DNA from: Kiritimatiellia bacterium
GTDB taxonomy: Bacteria > Verrucomicrobiota > Kiritimatiellia > RFP12 > UBA1067
Direction of reading: 5' to 3'
Length of the DNA stretch: 64,000 nt
Assembly (NCBI GenBank): GCA_050949565.1
Contig: JBMNFY010000001.1
Span: 192,001 to 256,000, forward strand
The translations under genes were made by a program, and so were the position numbers. The stretch's first letter is position 1, and each line of letters opens with the position of its first letter. Positions 48,483 to 58,133 of this stretch are shown piece by piece. Below the pieces are notes generated by a model. That model ran no database searches. It saw only the letters and a list, made by a program, of their open reading frames with translations, and was not told the origin of the DNA.

Positions 48483-48522
48483 GTGTCTACCCTCGTTTCT
48501 TGTAGGGACTTGATTACGTAAC

Positions 48523-49431
48523 TCATACCAATCGTTTTCTTGCTGGACGCACCTCGTATAAGGCGCTGTCTTCCTGAACCATGGCGAGTGTCTCCGTTGA
48601 AGCTTTTTCAAACCGTAATTCGGCCGTCGTGAAGAAATCTTCGGTTTCGGCTTTCAGGTATTGCGCCGCCATGCGACAGTACTCAGGATCGATTTCAACG
48701 CCGATGCTGTTTCTCTCGCTCCGCAAAGCAGCCACCATTGTTGTTCCTGAACCGCAGAAAGGATCAAGAACCGTGTCGCCAACAAACGAAAACATGCGCA
48801 CGAGTCGTGTGGCCAACTCGAGCGGATAGGGCGCGGGGTGCTTCTTGGTTGAAGCGCCGCCTATATTCCATATCTGCTGGAACCAGCGGTCAAACGACTC
48901 CTTATCAATTCTGCTTGCATCACGTTGCTCTTTCGTGGGTTGCCGATAGCCCCCTGGTTTCCGCTGCATCAAAATGAACTCCATATCGTTCTTGATGATT
49001 GCGTTCGGCTCGTAAGGCTTGCCAAGGAATTTTGAGCCGTTTTCGACTTCATAGGAGGCGTTCGCGATCTTGTGCCAGATGATTGGGTTCAGATTGTCGA
49101 ATCCGATCCGACGACAGATGACACAGATGTCAGCATGAAGAGGGAAAACGAGATGTCGACCGAATTTTTTCCGGGCGACACACACGTCGCCGACGACGCA
49201 GACCAGACGCCCGCCAGGAATTAGGATGCGGTAAACGTGCCGCCACACCTTTTCCAACTCGAACAGAAATGCCTCATAATCCGGAATGTGCCCCAGTTGG
49301 TCTGGGTTTTCGTTGTAGCGCTTCAGATTCCAGTATGGCGGCGAGGTCACTACCAGATGAACTGATGAATCGTCGAGGAATGCCAATTCTCTGGCATCTC
49401 CTTTAACAAGTCTGTGAACGGTTTTTTTCAT
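48523..49431 (-). CDS. Type II DNA methyltransferase, beta class (probably N4-cytosine)
   Basis: VTSPPY precedes HPAPYP and LDPFCGSGTT. Confidence 0.92.
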   Translation of the reverse strand: MKKTVHRLVKGDARELAFLDDSSVHLVVTSPPYWNLKRYNENPDQLGHIPDYEAFLFELEKVWRHVYRILIPGGRLVCVVGDVCVARKKFGRHLVFPLHADICVICRRIGFDNLNPIIWHKIANASYEVENGSKFLGKPYEPNAIIKNDMEFILMQRKPGGYRQPTKEQRDASRIDKESFDRWFQQIWNIGGASTKKHPAPYPLELATRLVRMFSFVGDTVLDPFCGSGTTMVAALRSERNSIGVEIDPEYCRMAAQYLKAETEDFFTTAELRFEKASTETLAMVQEDSALYEVRPARKRLV

Positions 49432-49435
49432 GAGT

Positions 49436-50166
49436 TCAAGCAAAGGCCGTGACGTGCGCTGTAAGGGTTTTTGCAAAGCGCTCGACACTCAGATCTTCTG
49501 CGGGAATCGCGAAACGTCCGTGAATGCCGTCGTCTTTGGTGGAAGAGATGAACGCTGCTGCAGTGTAGTGTCGCTCCAGAACGAGCTTACGGCAGAAGAT
49601 TTCGTAACGGCGCATGTATGATGCACCGACGAATTCAGGAAACACCGAGAAGTGCGGCTCCTTGACCTTGACGGGACGGTTGGATGAGGGGCTGTCCTCC
49701 AGCATGAAAAGTACCCCAGAAATGGCTGAGGACTGTCGAGATAGGCACGTTCTCGATAAGCAGTCCACAGATCGAGAGCGCTTCCCATGGCCTCTTCGGT
49801 TCGATTATTGAAATTATTGCCAAAAGATGGACCGACCTGCGACTTGGCTTCAATGGCTACTAGCAATGTCTTATCGCGAACGACGAGCAGATCCCATTCC
49901 TTTGTGGGACGGAAAAAACCCGGCAGTTCAACAGCCTTCTTTCTGAATATGAAACGCTCAGGAATTCCGGCTTGGACGATCAATTCTGCGAAGAGATCGA
50001 TGAAGCCGTCCATTTGTGCGCCGCCGGTTACGGCGCTACGGGCGCCCTGGTCCGCCTTGCCCGCCTGACGTTGTCGGTCATGCTGGCCGATCCGCGTATT
50101 CCAGTAGTGTGCCACCGCCACACCTGTGCGTTCGATCAAGCTATTGAATATACTACCCGAGTTCAC
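49436..50166 (-). pseudogene. XhoI/PaeR7I-family restriction endonuclease split by a 1-bp deletion at 49707-49710
   Basis: GARSAVTGGAQMDGF, LPGFFRPTKEWD, IEAKSQVGPSFGNNFNNRTEEA; C-terminal LED...PHF...SYMRRY in another frame. Confidence 0.85.
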
Positions 50167-50231
50167 AGGCACAGTGTACCAAATTTTTTCCCTCCTTCAA
50201 CTTCTCTGCGATATTCGGTTTTGGCAGGTTG

Positions 50232-50738
50232 CATGACATGGACAACTAACGGACAGGTGTTTTGAATATGCATCATGGCAAGGTGGCTCCGCGCACGCGC
50301 GGAGAGAAAGCGGTGCCGCGACCCGCGACAGCGCGGTTCTTGTCACCGCACCAAATTTTCCGCCGCGCCACGCGCGGCATGACAATCATGACAAAGGGAC
50401 CATGACAAAGAGACAGGTATTTAGACAATTAATGTTTACGCGGCTTTTCGCAAGTTCTGCCCGTTCGACTGCTCCTTTTAGGTTAAGTAGGGCGGGACGT
50501 CTCGGACCGCCCCACACACGCCTTGCGCACGGTTCGCTTTCGGCGGTTCGAGACGTCCCGCCGTACTTTGCGCTACACCAACCAGTCATCCGTCTCGCGG
50601 AGCACCGGGAGGGACGAGCGTCTGCTCGTCCGGGCGGCGTTCCACGCCGCCACACGGGCAGGATGCCCGTGCCACACAGCTCGGCACCAGTCTTGTGCAA
50701 CAAAGGGACAGGTATTTAGATTACCCCTAACCGATTAC
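50232..50738. repeat. Mosaic block: three GACAGGT(A)TTT motifs interleaved with four REP-like families
   Basis: Motifs 50241-50265, 50401-50425 and 50700-50720; REP-B 50287-50379; GTAG-REP inverted pair 50485-50568; GGACGAGC..GCTCGTCC about 50611-50631; REP-E 50630-50679; CTAACCGATTAC 50727-50738. Confidence 0.85.
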
Positions 50739-50782
50739 CTATTGTGTTGACTGACAAATAACGCAACTGATATTTTCAACGC

Positions 50783-51775
50783 ATGAAAAACAAAGGGATG
50801 GATAACAAGACAAGTTGCTCCGTGCTTGGAAGGCGCGGGTTCCTCAAATCGGCGCTCTCTTGCGGTGCGCTCGCCGCTGTTTCGCGTCTGCCTGCGTTGG
50901 CGGACGATCCGGCCATATTTCCGGATCGCGGGCGATTCGAGCGCCTCAGTATCGCCAAGGTGCATGTGGACGCTGGCGCGCGGTCGCCGTTTTCGGTGCT
51001 GCACATCTCTGACACCCATTTTACGGACGCTTATCCCCATGAGGACAAGTGGAAGCAGCAGCTCAAGAAGGCACGCACCCAGACTTTCGGCGGACGTCAG
51101 GAAGAGGCGTTCAGCGATTCGATCGCATGGGCAAAGGCCAACTGCGACTACCTGCTCCACACAGGGGATCTCATCGACTGGCTTTCGCAAAAGAATCTCG
51201 ATCTGGTGAAGCAGTACTTTGGTGAAAACATGTTCGGTGCCGTCGGCAATCACGAGTATTCGCCCTATATGTGGCTTGACCGTGAGGCGAACGCCAACAC
51301 CTCCCGTACGGATATCCGCGCCGAGCTTAAGAAATACTTCCCGTTCGACATCCCGTTTGCTTCGCAGGAGATCAACGGTGTCAACTTCGTGTCGATCGAT
51401 GACTCGGACGCACGCGTGACACCGGAGCAGGTGGAGCGGTTCAAGAAGGAGGTCGACAAGGGGCTCCCGATCGTCATCATCAAGCATATACCCTTCTATA
51501 CCGACTACATCTGGCGTCAGAACGCCAAGTTCTGGAAGTACGGATCGAAGTTCCGTTCTGCGGCTGCGCCCGATTTCACCGGTGACGCGCTGACGCAGCG
51601 GAATGATCCGACCACGCGCGATTTCATTGCGTATCTCAAAACGGTTCCGCAGCTCAAGGCGATTCTCGCGGGGCATCTGCATATCACGGTGCAGGATCGT
51701 TTCTCGCCCACGGCCATGGAATACGTGGTCGGCGGCAACTTCCTCTTCCACGGCCAAGAGGTCACGTTCTCGTAA
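50783..51775 (+). CDS. Tat-exported calcineurin-like metallophosphoesterase
   Basis: RRGFLK leader; SDTH, TGDL, GNHE, HIP, GHLH. Confidence 0.9.
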   Translation: MKNKGMDNKTSCSVLGRRGFLKSALSCGALAAVSRLPALADDPAIFPDRGRFERLSIAKVHVDAGARSPFSVLHISDTHFTDAYPHEDKWKQQLKKARTQTFGGRQEEAFSDSIAWAKANCDYLLHTGDLIDWLSQKNLDLVKQYFGENMFGAVGNHEYSPYMWLDREANANTSRTDIRAELKKYFPFDIPFASQEINGVNFVSIDDSDARVTPEQVERFKKEVDKGLPIVIIKHIPFYTDYIWRQNAKFWKYGSKFRSAAAPDFTGDALTQRNDPTTRDFIAYLKTVPQLKAILAGHLHITVQDRFSPTAMEYVVGGNFLFHGQEVTFS

Positions 51776-51783
51776 GGAGAGTC

Positions 51784-52257
51784 ATGGACATACCTGTTAC
51801 CACTGCCATCCGTGCGTTGCGCGCGGGGAATGCAGCATTCACGCCTTGCGTGTACGACTACGTGGAGCACGGCGGCACCGACCGTGCCGCTCATGAACTC
51901 GGGGTCGGAGAACACGAGACGGTCAAGACCATTGTGATGGAAACGGATGCCAAAAAACCGTTCATTGTGCTGATGCACGGTGATCGGGAAATCTCGACGA
52001 AGCAGATGGCGCGCCTGCTGGGCGTGAAATCGGTTGCGCCCTGTTCGCCTGAAAGTGCCACGCGGCACACGGGGTATCTGGTAGGGGGGATCAGTCCTTT
52101 CGGCACACGGAAGCAGTTGCCGGTCTACGCCGAGGAGTCGCTTTTCGACCTGCCGCATCTCTACATCAACGGCGGCCGGCGCGGCCTGCTTGTGCAAATC
52201 GCGCCGGACGTGTTGGACCAGTTGCTCCACCCGCAACGGGTTCAGGTGGCGATCTGA
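51784..52257 (+). CDS. ybaK: Cys-tRNA(Pro) deacylase
   Basis: VKTIV, TGYLVGGISPFG, YINGGRRG. Confidence 0.92.
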   Translation: MDIPVTTAIRALRAGNAAFTPCVYDYVEHGGTDRAAHELGVGEHETVKTIVMETDAKKPFIVLMHGDREISTKQMARLLGVKSVAPCSPESATRHTGYLVGGISPFGTRKQLPVYAEESLFDLPHLYINGGRRGLLVQIAPDVLDQLLHPQRVQVAI

Positions 52258-52266
52258 TGTGGGCGG

Positions 52267-54669
52267 TTACCGCAGGATGAATATCATGCCGTCGTTATAG
52301 ACGAGATCGAGCGACTTGCCGTCCGCGGACCACTCCGCGCGCCACTTGCTGCCCTGCGGACGCGTGTAGGAGGGCGGATTCACCAGCACACCGGTCGCCG
52401 CCACGCGGATGAGGGGACGCGTCCGTTCGGTCCGTGTCGAGCCGAGTTCGTCCACATCCGTCACCACGAGCCTCGTGTTGGGCGCGAACCGCAGCGTGGC
52501 GCCGTCCTCCACGGTGAGCGGCACGCCCGCATCAACGTCCACCTTCCGCACCGTCCAGGTGGTGTTCGTCACCTGCACCTCGCCGTTCCGGATCGTCGGC
52601 AGCCCCGTCAGCGACGGGAACGTGACCGGCGTGTAGGGCAGGACATCGTTCGCGTCGAATACCGTGCCGGGCGCGAACTTCACCGCGCCTTCAAACGTGG
52701 GGCGGCACAGCGCGGGATCGAGCAGCGAGCGGTCGAGCTCGGGGCGCAGGAACGAACCGTCGCCCGGATCCTGCAGCTTCACGTAGAAGGAGTGGTTCGT
52801 CACGGACCGCGCCAGCCAGTCGATGCCGATGCCGAAGTTCGCCGTCCAGCCAAGGTCCGTGTTGGCTGCCGGTCCCTTGTCGTTGTTGTAGGCATTGTAC
52901 ATCGACACGAAAATCGGCTGCCAGCCCGCCGTGAGCGTGACGGCCGGCCCCACGTACATGCGACTCCAGCCCACGGTTCGTCCGGTCAAGTCGTCCGTGT
53001 TGTCCTTCATCTTCACGACCGTCTCTCCGCCGATGTCCACGCGCACAAACCGGGTGATGGACGAGGCGAAGTTGCAGACCACGGGCGTCCCCGCCTCGCC
53101 CGGAATGTTGATGTAGCCCTTATAGGCGAAGTAGTTCTTGTATTTGCTGTTGTTTTGTCCCGGATTCTCCCCCTCGTGGTAGTACGGCCAGGCCTTGTAG
53201 GCATATCCCACGCCGGTCGGGTCGATGCCCCAGTAGGTGCCCGAGGGATTCGCCGCTCCCAGATCATAGCCGCCGTTGTGATGGTACCAGTGGAGTCCGG
53301 AAGGGGTGGACGGCATCTGCGTGGCGAACCGGACGATGCCACCCTGAACGTCGGCATCGCCGAGGATCCGGGCTGGGCCGAAGAACGACAGCGTCCCCGC
53401 CCCCGTCTTGACGAGGGACTTGAAGGAACTGCTCTTGACGGCGGGGAGGTTCGACACCACCACACGACCATGTGCGACCAGGTCAGGGTAGGTCAGCACC
53501 GCGGGGGTGTGCGGCGTATACATTGGGAAGTTGCCCTCCGTCAACGTCAGCAAAACGGCATTCGTCAAGGCGAGCGGCCCGCCCTCCACGGGGATCGCAC
53601 CGTTGGCCAGAACGGAGAAGCCGCCCTTGACGTCCGCATCGCCGACGCCCGTGGTGACGCCCGAGGCCGAGGCGCCGCCGGCAAAATCGTTCTGGCCATT
53701 CGCCAACTGGAGCCAACCGCCCTGCCCGCCATAGAAGCCACCCGGCCCCGAAATCTTGCCCGCGAGCGTAATGCCGCGAAGGCTGGTTGGTGAATCCAGA
53801 ATGTCGTTCTTGATCATCCCGCCGAGCGTGATCGGCCCCGCCCAGATATTCCGCCCGGAGGTTGAACCCAAAGTGAATTGCTCGCTGTTGGACGAATAGA
53901 AGGCCCCGTTTCCGAGAAACTCGAGCGTGCAATTCATGGCGGGGGTTGATTTCCACAGGCTCACCGTTCCTCCGGAACAAATCGTAACCCTGTTTGTCGC
54001 ATCGCCGCCGATGCCCGATCCATCCTGATAGGAGATCGCGCCCTTGAGCAGATCAATGTCGCCCATCTTCTGCACCGTCGACGCCACGATGTAGAACCAG
54101 CCTTGGTTGCACTGGACGGAGAGCTTGTGGTGGTTCATGTCGAACGGGTAGGCGAATCGGATGTGCATGTTCTTCTCCAGCACGAACAGCGCATCGCCCG
54201 TCAGCGTCAGATACTTGGCGATGTTGGGGCAATCGGTCATGTTGTGGATGGCGCCGAGCCCACCGTAGCCATTCCCCTCCACGTAGAAGTGTTCCGTCAA
54301 TCCAAACGCGGGCGGAAGATTTCCGCTATTGTCGGACGTTCGATAGTTCTCCAGCGTGCCCGCGTCCGACACGTAGGTGGCGCCGTCCGCCGTGCCGAAC
54401 GCCCCAAGCTCCCGCACGCGGAAGATGCCGTTCGTGACGTAGATGGTCCCCGTATAGTTCGTCAGCATGCCGCCCGGTTCGAGGATGCCGCCGCCCGAGA
54501 GCACGAAGTCGTTCGCGCCGATAGCCGTCACGTCATTCTCCGTGAGGGCGTAGGTCTCGCCTTCCGGCACGGTCAGCACGTACCGTCCATCCACAATCTC
54601 GCTCGTCGGCGCGGCCCAAAGGGCCATGCCTGCAAGCGCGAACACCACCACCGCGACACTCTGTTTCAT
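52267..54669 (-). CDS. Secreted beta-helix/passenger-repeat protein with PA14-like domain
   Basis: Signal peptide; G/N/T-rich repeats, LVKTGAGTL passenger repeat, YKGYINIP...LTAGWQPI; ends NDGMIFILR. Confidence 0.75.
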   Translation of the reverse strand: MKQSVAVVVFALAGMALWAAPTSEIVDGRYVLTVPEGETYALTENDVTAIGANDFVLSGGGILEPGGMLTNYTGTIYVTNGIFRVRELGAFGTADGATYVSDAGTLENYRTSDNSGNLPPAFGLTEHFYVEGNGYGGLGAIHNMTDCPNIAKYLTLTGDALFVLEKNMHIRFAYPFDMNHHKLSVQCNQGWFYIVASTVQKMGDIDLLKGAISYQDGSGIGGDATNRVTICSGGTVSLWKSTPAMNCTLEFLGNGAFYSSNSEQFTLGSTSGRNIWAGPITLGGMIKNDILDSPTSLRGITLAGKISGPGGFYGGQGGWLQLANGQNDFAGGASASGVTTGVGDADVKGGFSVLANGAIPVEGGPLALTNAVLLTLTEGNFPMYTPHTPAVLTYPDLVAHGRVVVSNLPAVKSSSFKSLVKTGAGTLSFFGPARILGDADVQGGIVRFATQMPSTPSGLHWYHHNGGYDLGAANPSGTYWGIDPTGVGYAYKAWPYYHEGENPGQNNSKYKNYFAYKGYINIPGEAGTPVVCNFASSITRFVRVDIGGETVVKMKDNTDDLTGRTVGWSRMYVGPAVTLTAGWQPIFVSMYNAYNNDKGPAANTDLGWTANFGIGIDWLARSVTNHSFYVKLQDPGDGSFLRPELDRSLLDPALCRPTFEGAVKFAPGTVFDANDVLPYTPVTFPSLTGLPTIRNGEVQVTNTTWTVRKVDVDAGVPLTVEDGATLRFAPNTRLVVTDVDELGSTRTERTRPLIRVAATGVLVNPPSYTRPQGSKWRAEWSADGKSLDLVYNDGMIFILR

Positions 54670-54852
54670 GTTTCCACTCCTTATCCCAGTCAAGCCGATT
54701 CAACGTCTTCCTGCAACGCCCGCCAACTATTAACCCGTGCAACACCCGCTGCGCAACCTAGTCTGGCAAGTACTCTCTTGTGATCGATTAGTGTTACAGC
54801 ATTTTCAGTTCGGCTTGTGAAGCGGGATGTGAAAAGTTCAAGTTTCGTTGAA

Positions 54853-54942
54853 GTGGCCCTTCAGGCCACGGAATGTTGGCATCATGACCCAGGGCTGCGC
54901 TTCGCTTGCCCTGGGCTAGGGTGAAGCCGCCCCTTCGGGGCT
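54853..54942. repeat. REP-like multi-hairpin element downstream of fic
   Basis: GTGGCCCTTCAGGCCAC; CCCAGGGC..GCCCTGGG; GCCCCTTCGGGGC. Confidence 0.75.
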
Positions 54943-54994
54943 TTGGCACCGCATGCCCGGCGTCGCGCCCGCGAAACAGGGGCAGTGTACGCGA

Positions 54995-56155
54995 TTACAG
55001 CCCAGCCAATTCGTTCATGATTTCGATATACTTCGTATAACAGAACAGGCGGTTGCGTTTCTGGCCGGTCAGTTCCTCAACGATCCCCAACTGTCCCAGA
55101 CGGTCGAGCGCGTTGTTGACCGTGGCCGGGGTGATGCCGGTCTTCTCGACCAGCGAGCCCGATGTGGCGATGGGATGCTCCATCAGCGCCCGGTGGATTC
55201 GCAGGGCCGAGGCCGCTGCTCGCCCCAAGCGATTGATCTTGTCACGATCTTGATTCGACTGGTCAAGAAGCTTCTGGGCCGTTTCCACAGCTTGGGTGGC
55301 GGTGACGATAACCGCCTCGGCAAAGAAGTCGAGCCAGGCCTCCCAGTCGCCGGTCGTGCGGACATGGCTAAGGAGTTCATAGTAGCGCTGACGATGCGTC
55401 TTGAAATAGAGGCTCAGATAAAGTATCGGTGTCTGCAACACCCCCTGATCGCATAGCAACAGCACAATCAGTAGACGTCCCAAACGACCATTGCCATCCA
55501 AAAAGGGATGGATCGTCTCGAACTGCACATGCGCCAGCGCCGCCTTAAGCAACACCGGGGTCGGACCGGGCTGGTCGTGCAGAAAGAGTTCCAACCTACT
55601 CATGCACGCTGGCACCTCTTCGGGCGGAGGCGGAACGAAGACCGCGTTGCCCGGACGCGTGCCGCCGATCCAATTCTGGCTGCGACGGAACTCGCCCGGG
55701 GTCTGGTCGCTGCCCCGGCCCCCGGCCAACAGAACACCGTGGACCTCGCGGAACAAGCGCAGAGACAGCGGCAACCCCTCCTCCAGCAGACGCAAACCAT
55801 GATTTAGGGCGGCGACATAATGACTGACCTCCCTCACGTCATCCAGCGGCACGCCCGGCTTTTGATCCAGTTCGAACAACAACAGATCTGCCAGCGACGA
55901 CTGCGTCCCTTCGATCATGGACGAAAGCACCGCTTCCTGACGGACGTACATGTGGAGGAAGAGCGAGGTGTCCGGCAACAGGGTCGAAACACTGTCCAAC
56001 CGCCCGAGCGCCAGCAACGCCTGATCGAATTTGCCGCGCAGTTCCGGTGTCCACTCGATAGGTGGACGCGGCGGCAACGGCGCTGGCACGAAGGCCTGAA
56101 TCTTCTCGCCCGCCGTCGATATTGTCACGTATCTGCCTTGGAGTCCTCGTCTCAT
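54995..56155 (-). CDS. Fic family protein (class II-type inhibitory helix) with C-terminal HTH
   Basis: HPFLDGNGRLGR; N-terminal SSMIEG motif; C-terminal TGITPATVNNALDRL...RNRLF. Confidence 0.93.
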   Translation of the reverse strand: MRRGLQGRYVTISTAGEKIQAFVPAPLPPRPPIEWTPELRGKFDQALLALGRLDSVSTLLPDTSLFLHMYVRQEAVLSSMIEGTQSSLADLLLFELDQKPGVPLDDVREVSHYVAALNHGLRLLEEGLPLSLRLFREVHGVLLAGGRGSDQTPGEFRRSQNWIGGTRPGNAVFVPPPPEEVPACMSRLELFLHDQPGPTPVLLKAALAHVQFETIHPFLDGNGRLGRLLIVLLLCDQGVLQTPILYLSLYFKTHRQRYYELLSHVRTTGDWEAWLDFFAEAVIVTATQAVETAQKLLDQSNQDRDKINRLGRAAASALRIHRALMEHPIATSGSLVEKTGITPATVNNALDRLGQLGIVEELTGQKRNRLFCYTKYIEIMNELAGL

Positions 56156-56315
56156 TCCGTCTGCTTCGAACCTAAAATAAGCTTTTTCTTATTTTACTTT
56201 AAACGCGCATCCTAAAATAACGAGACTGAAAGGGAAAAGCAAGCGGGATTTCAAAAGGGCGCCAAAGGCGCGACAGGTAAATTGAAGTATTTTGAGATTT
56301 GGGATTTGCGCTGCC

Positions 56316-56711
56316 TCTCACAGAGGGCACAGAGTTTTTTTGGGGGGAAAAGCACAGTTGTTTCACGCGAAGGTGCGAAGACGCGAAGGTTGGAGGGCGA
56401 GTGTCCCCACGAGCCGCCTTCTGCTGTGCGGAAGGATGGTTTCAGGATCCATTGCTGAGCGCTGGGAGTCCCGGCGGCGTTTCACGCCGCCACACGGGCA
56501 AGATGCCCGTGCCACACAGTCCGGCGGCGCATGCACCGCCCACTTGAGCGTTGACAGTCCGGCGGCTCGTGGGGACACCCGCCCTCCAGTGCTGCGGTCG
56601 GGGCTCCCGGCAGCGGTCACGCCGCATCCATCAAAACCTCTGCGCCTCCGCGTCTCTGCGTTAAACAAACCCGAGCAATGCCCCCCAAAAAAACGCTGTG
56701 CCCTCTGCGTT
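56316..56711. repeat. Nested inverted-repeat stack between fic and tonB
   Basis: Three concentric inverted pairs around a REP-E core (see findings). Confidence 0.85.
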
Positions 56712-57660
56712 ACCGTTCGCGCAGGCGGAACACGAGAGTCAGGCGCGCGGTTGACTCCACAGGACGGCCGCCGCGCATGGCCGGAGTGAAACGCGCCTGG
56801 GCGGCGGCGCGCTCGGCGGCGCGGTCCAGCGCGGGGAAGCCGCTGGAAGTGACCAGCGTGACATCACTCGCGCGGCCGCTGGCGGCGACATTCACGTCCA
56901 GCACCACGGTGCCTTCCTCGCCGCGCTGCCGCGCGCCGAGCGGATAGACCGGACGGATCGCATGATCCAGCGAGGGTTGCGCATCGACACGTCCGGCGGC
57001 GCCGCCATCGCCGATCGCGCCGTCGCTAGCCACAGAAGGCGGAGGTGGCGGCGTGGGTTCGGGTTCCGCTGCGGGCGGCTGCGGGGCGGGCGGCTGCGGG
57101 GCGGGTTGCGGCTTGGGCGGCGCAGGTGGTGGCTCGGGCGGAGGTGGCGGCGGTTCCGGCGGTGGCTCCGGTTGCGGCTCGGGCGGCGGCGGTTCGGGTT
57201 CGGGTAGGGGTGTTGGCTCGACTTTCGGCTCGACTATCGGTTCAGGCTCCGGCTCGGGCTCGGGTTCGGGCTCGGGTTCGGGCATGGGCTCTGGTTCAGG
57301 TTCAGGCTCTGGCTCAGGCTCTGGCTCGGGTTCTGGTTCGGGCATGGGCTCTGGTTCAGGTTCAGGCTCTGGCTCAGGCTCTGGCTCGGGTTCTGGTTCG
57401 GGCATGGGCTCTGGTTCAGGCTCTGGCTCGGGTTCGGGGAGTGGCGGCACCTCTGGCTGGGCGGGCGCGGCGGGCGCTCCGGGTGTAGCCGCTTCGATCT
57501 CTGAGAGGGTCAGTTGGACTGAGGTGACCTGCAGTTCGGGCGCGGTGTCAGCGTATTCTTCGGCGCGCTGGATCGCGGCATGGCCCAGCAGTAGCATGCC
57601 CAGCAGGTGCAAGGCTACCGAGAGCGTGAAGCTGATGAGATGGTCATAAGAAAAGGTCAT
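56710..57660 (-). CDS. tonB: Energy transducer TonB with expanded (EP)n linker
   Basis: SVALH TM motif, EP repeats, [14 protein letters not shown]...[11 protein letters not shown]. Confidence 0.95.
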   Translation of the reverse strand: MTFSYDHLISFTLSVALHLLGMLLLGHAAIQRAEEYADTAPELQVTSVQLTLSEIEAATPGAPAAPAQPEVPPLPEPEPEPEPEPMPEPEPEPEPEPEPEPEPEPMPEPEPEPEPEPEPEPEPEPMPEPEPEPEPEPEPEPIVEPKVEPTPLPEPEPPPPEPQPEPPPEPPPPPPEPPPAPPKPQPAPQPPAPQPPAAEPEPTPPPPPSVASDGAIGDGGAAGRVDAQPSLDHAIRPVYPLGARQRGEEGTVVLDVNVAASGRASDVTLVTSSGFPALDRAAERAAAQARFTPAMRGGRPVESTARLTLVFRLRER

Positions 57661-58097
57661 TCGTCTGGAGGGGCGGCGCGGCCGGCGGTCGGCGTACGGG
57701 CTTCGCCGCTGACCTGAAACGTAACCTGTTCCACGCCGCCATTCTTGAGTTTGCCGAGGAGCTCAATGCCGGTACCGAGTGTGGCGGCACGATCGGCGCT
57801 GATGAGCACCGGGACGGGGTTTTCGCGCCAGCGCGTGATCGTCGCGAGCACGAGGTCGTCGAACGACATCGGCTCTTTGTTCAGCGCCAACGTATCGTCG
57901 GCCGATAACGTGATGACGAGCTTCTCGCCCTTGAGCAGGGGACCGTCCGCTGACGGCAGGTCCACCTTGAGACCGCGGTGCACGGACATCGAGAAGACCG
58001 CGTAGACAAAGACCACGAGAATCAGGAACATGATATCCATCAGGGAAATCATCTCCATGCGGGCCTTGCGGTCCTCATACCCTGATTTCAGTCGCAT
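57657..58097 (-). CDS. exbD: Biopolymer transporter ExbD
   Basis: [20 protein letters not shown]; RBS AAGGAG. Confidence 0.92.
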   Translation of the reverse strand: MRLKSGYEDRKARMEMISLMDIMFLILVVFVYAVFSMSVHRGLKVDLPSADGPLLKGEKLVITLSADDTLALNKEPMSFDDLVLATITRWRENPVPVLISADRAATLGTGIELLGKLKNGGVEQVTFQVSGEARTPTAGRAAPPDE

Positions 58098-58133
58098 GGT
58101 GTTCTCCTTGGGGCGCACGGCCCGGTGTCGCGG

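Noticed and set aside
48482-48611. Longer start for the flavin oxidoreductase
   Set aside because: Overlaps the MTase 3' end; GAGG RBS supports ATG 48482
57053-57649. Gly-Ser repeat protein on plus strand
   Set aside because: Antisense reading of the TonB EP repeats
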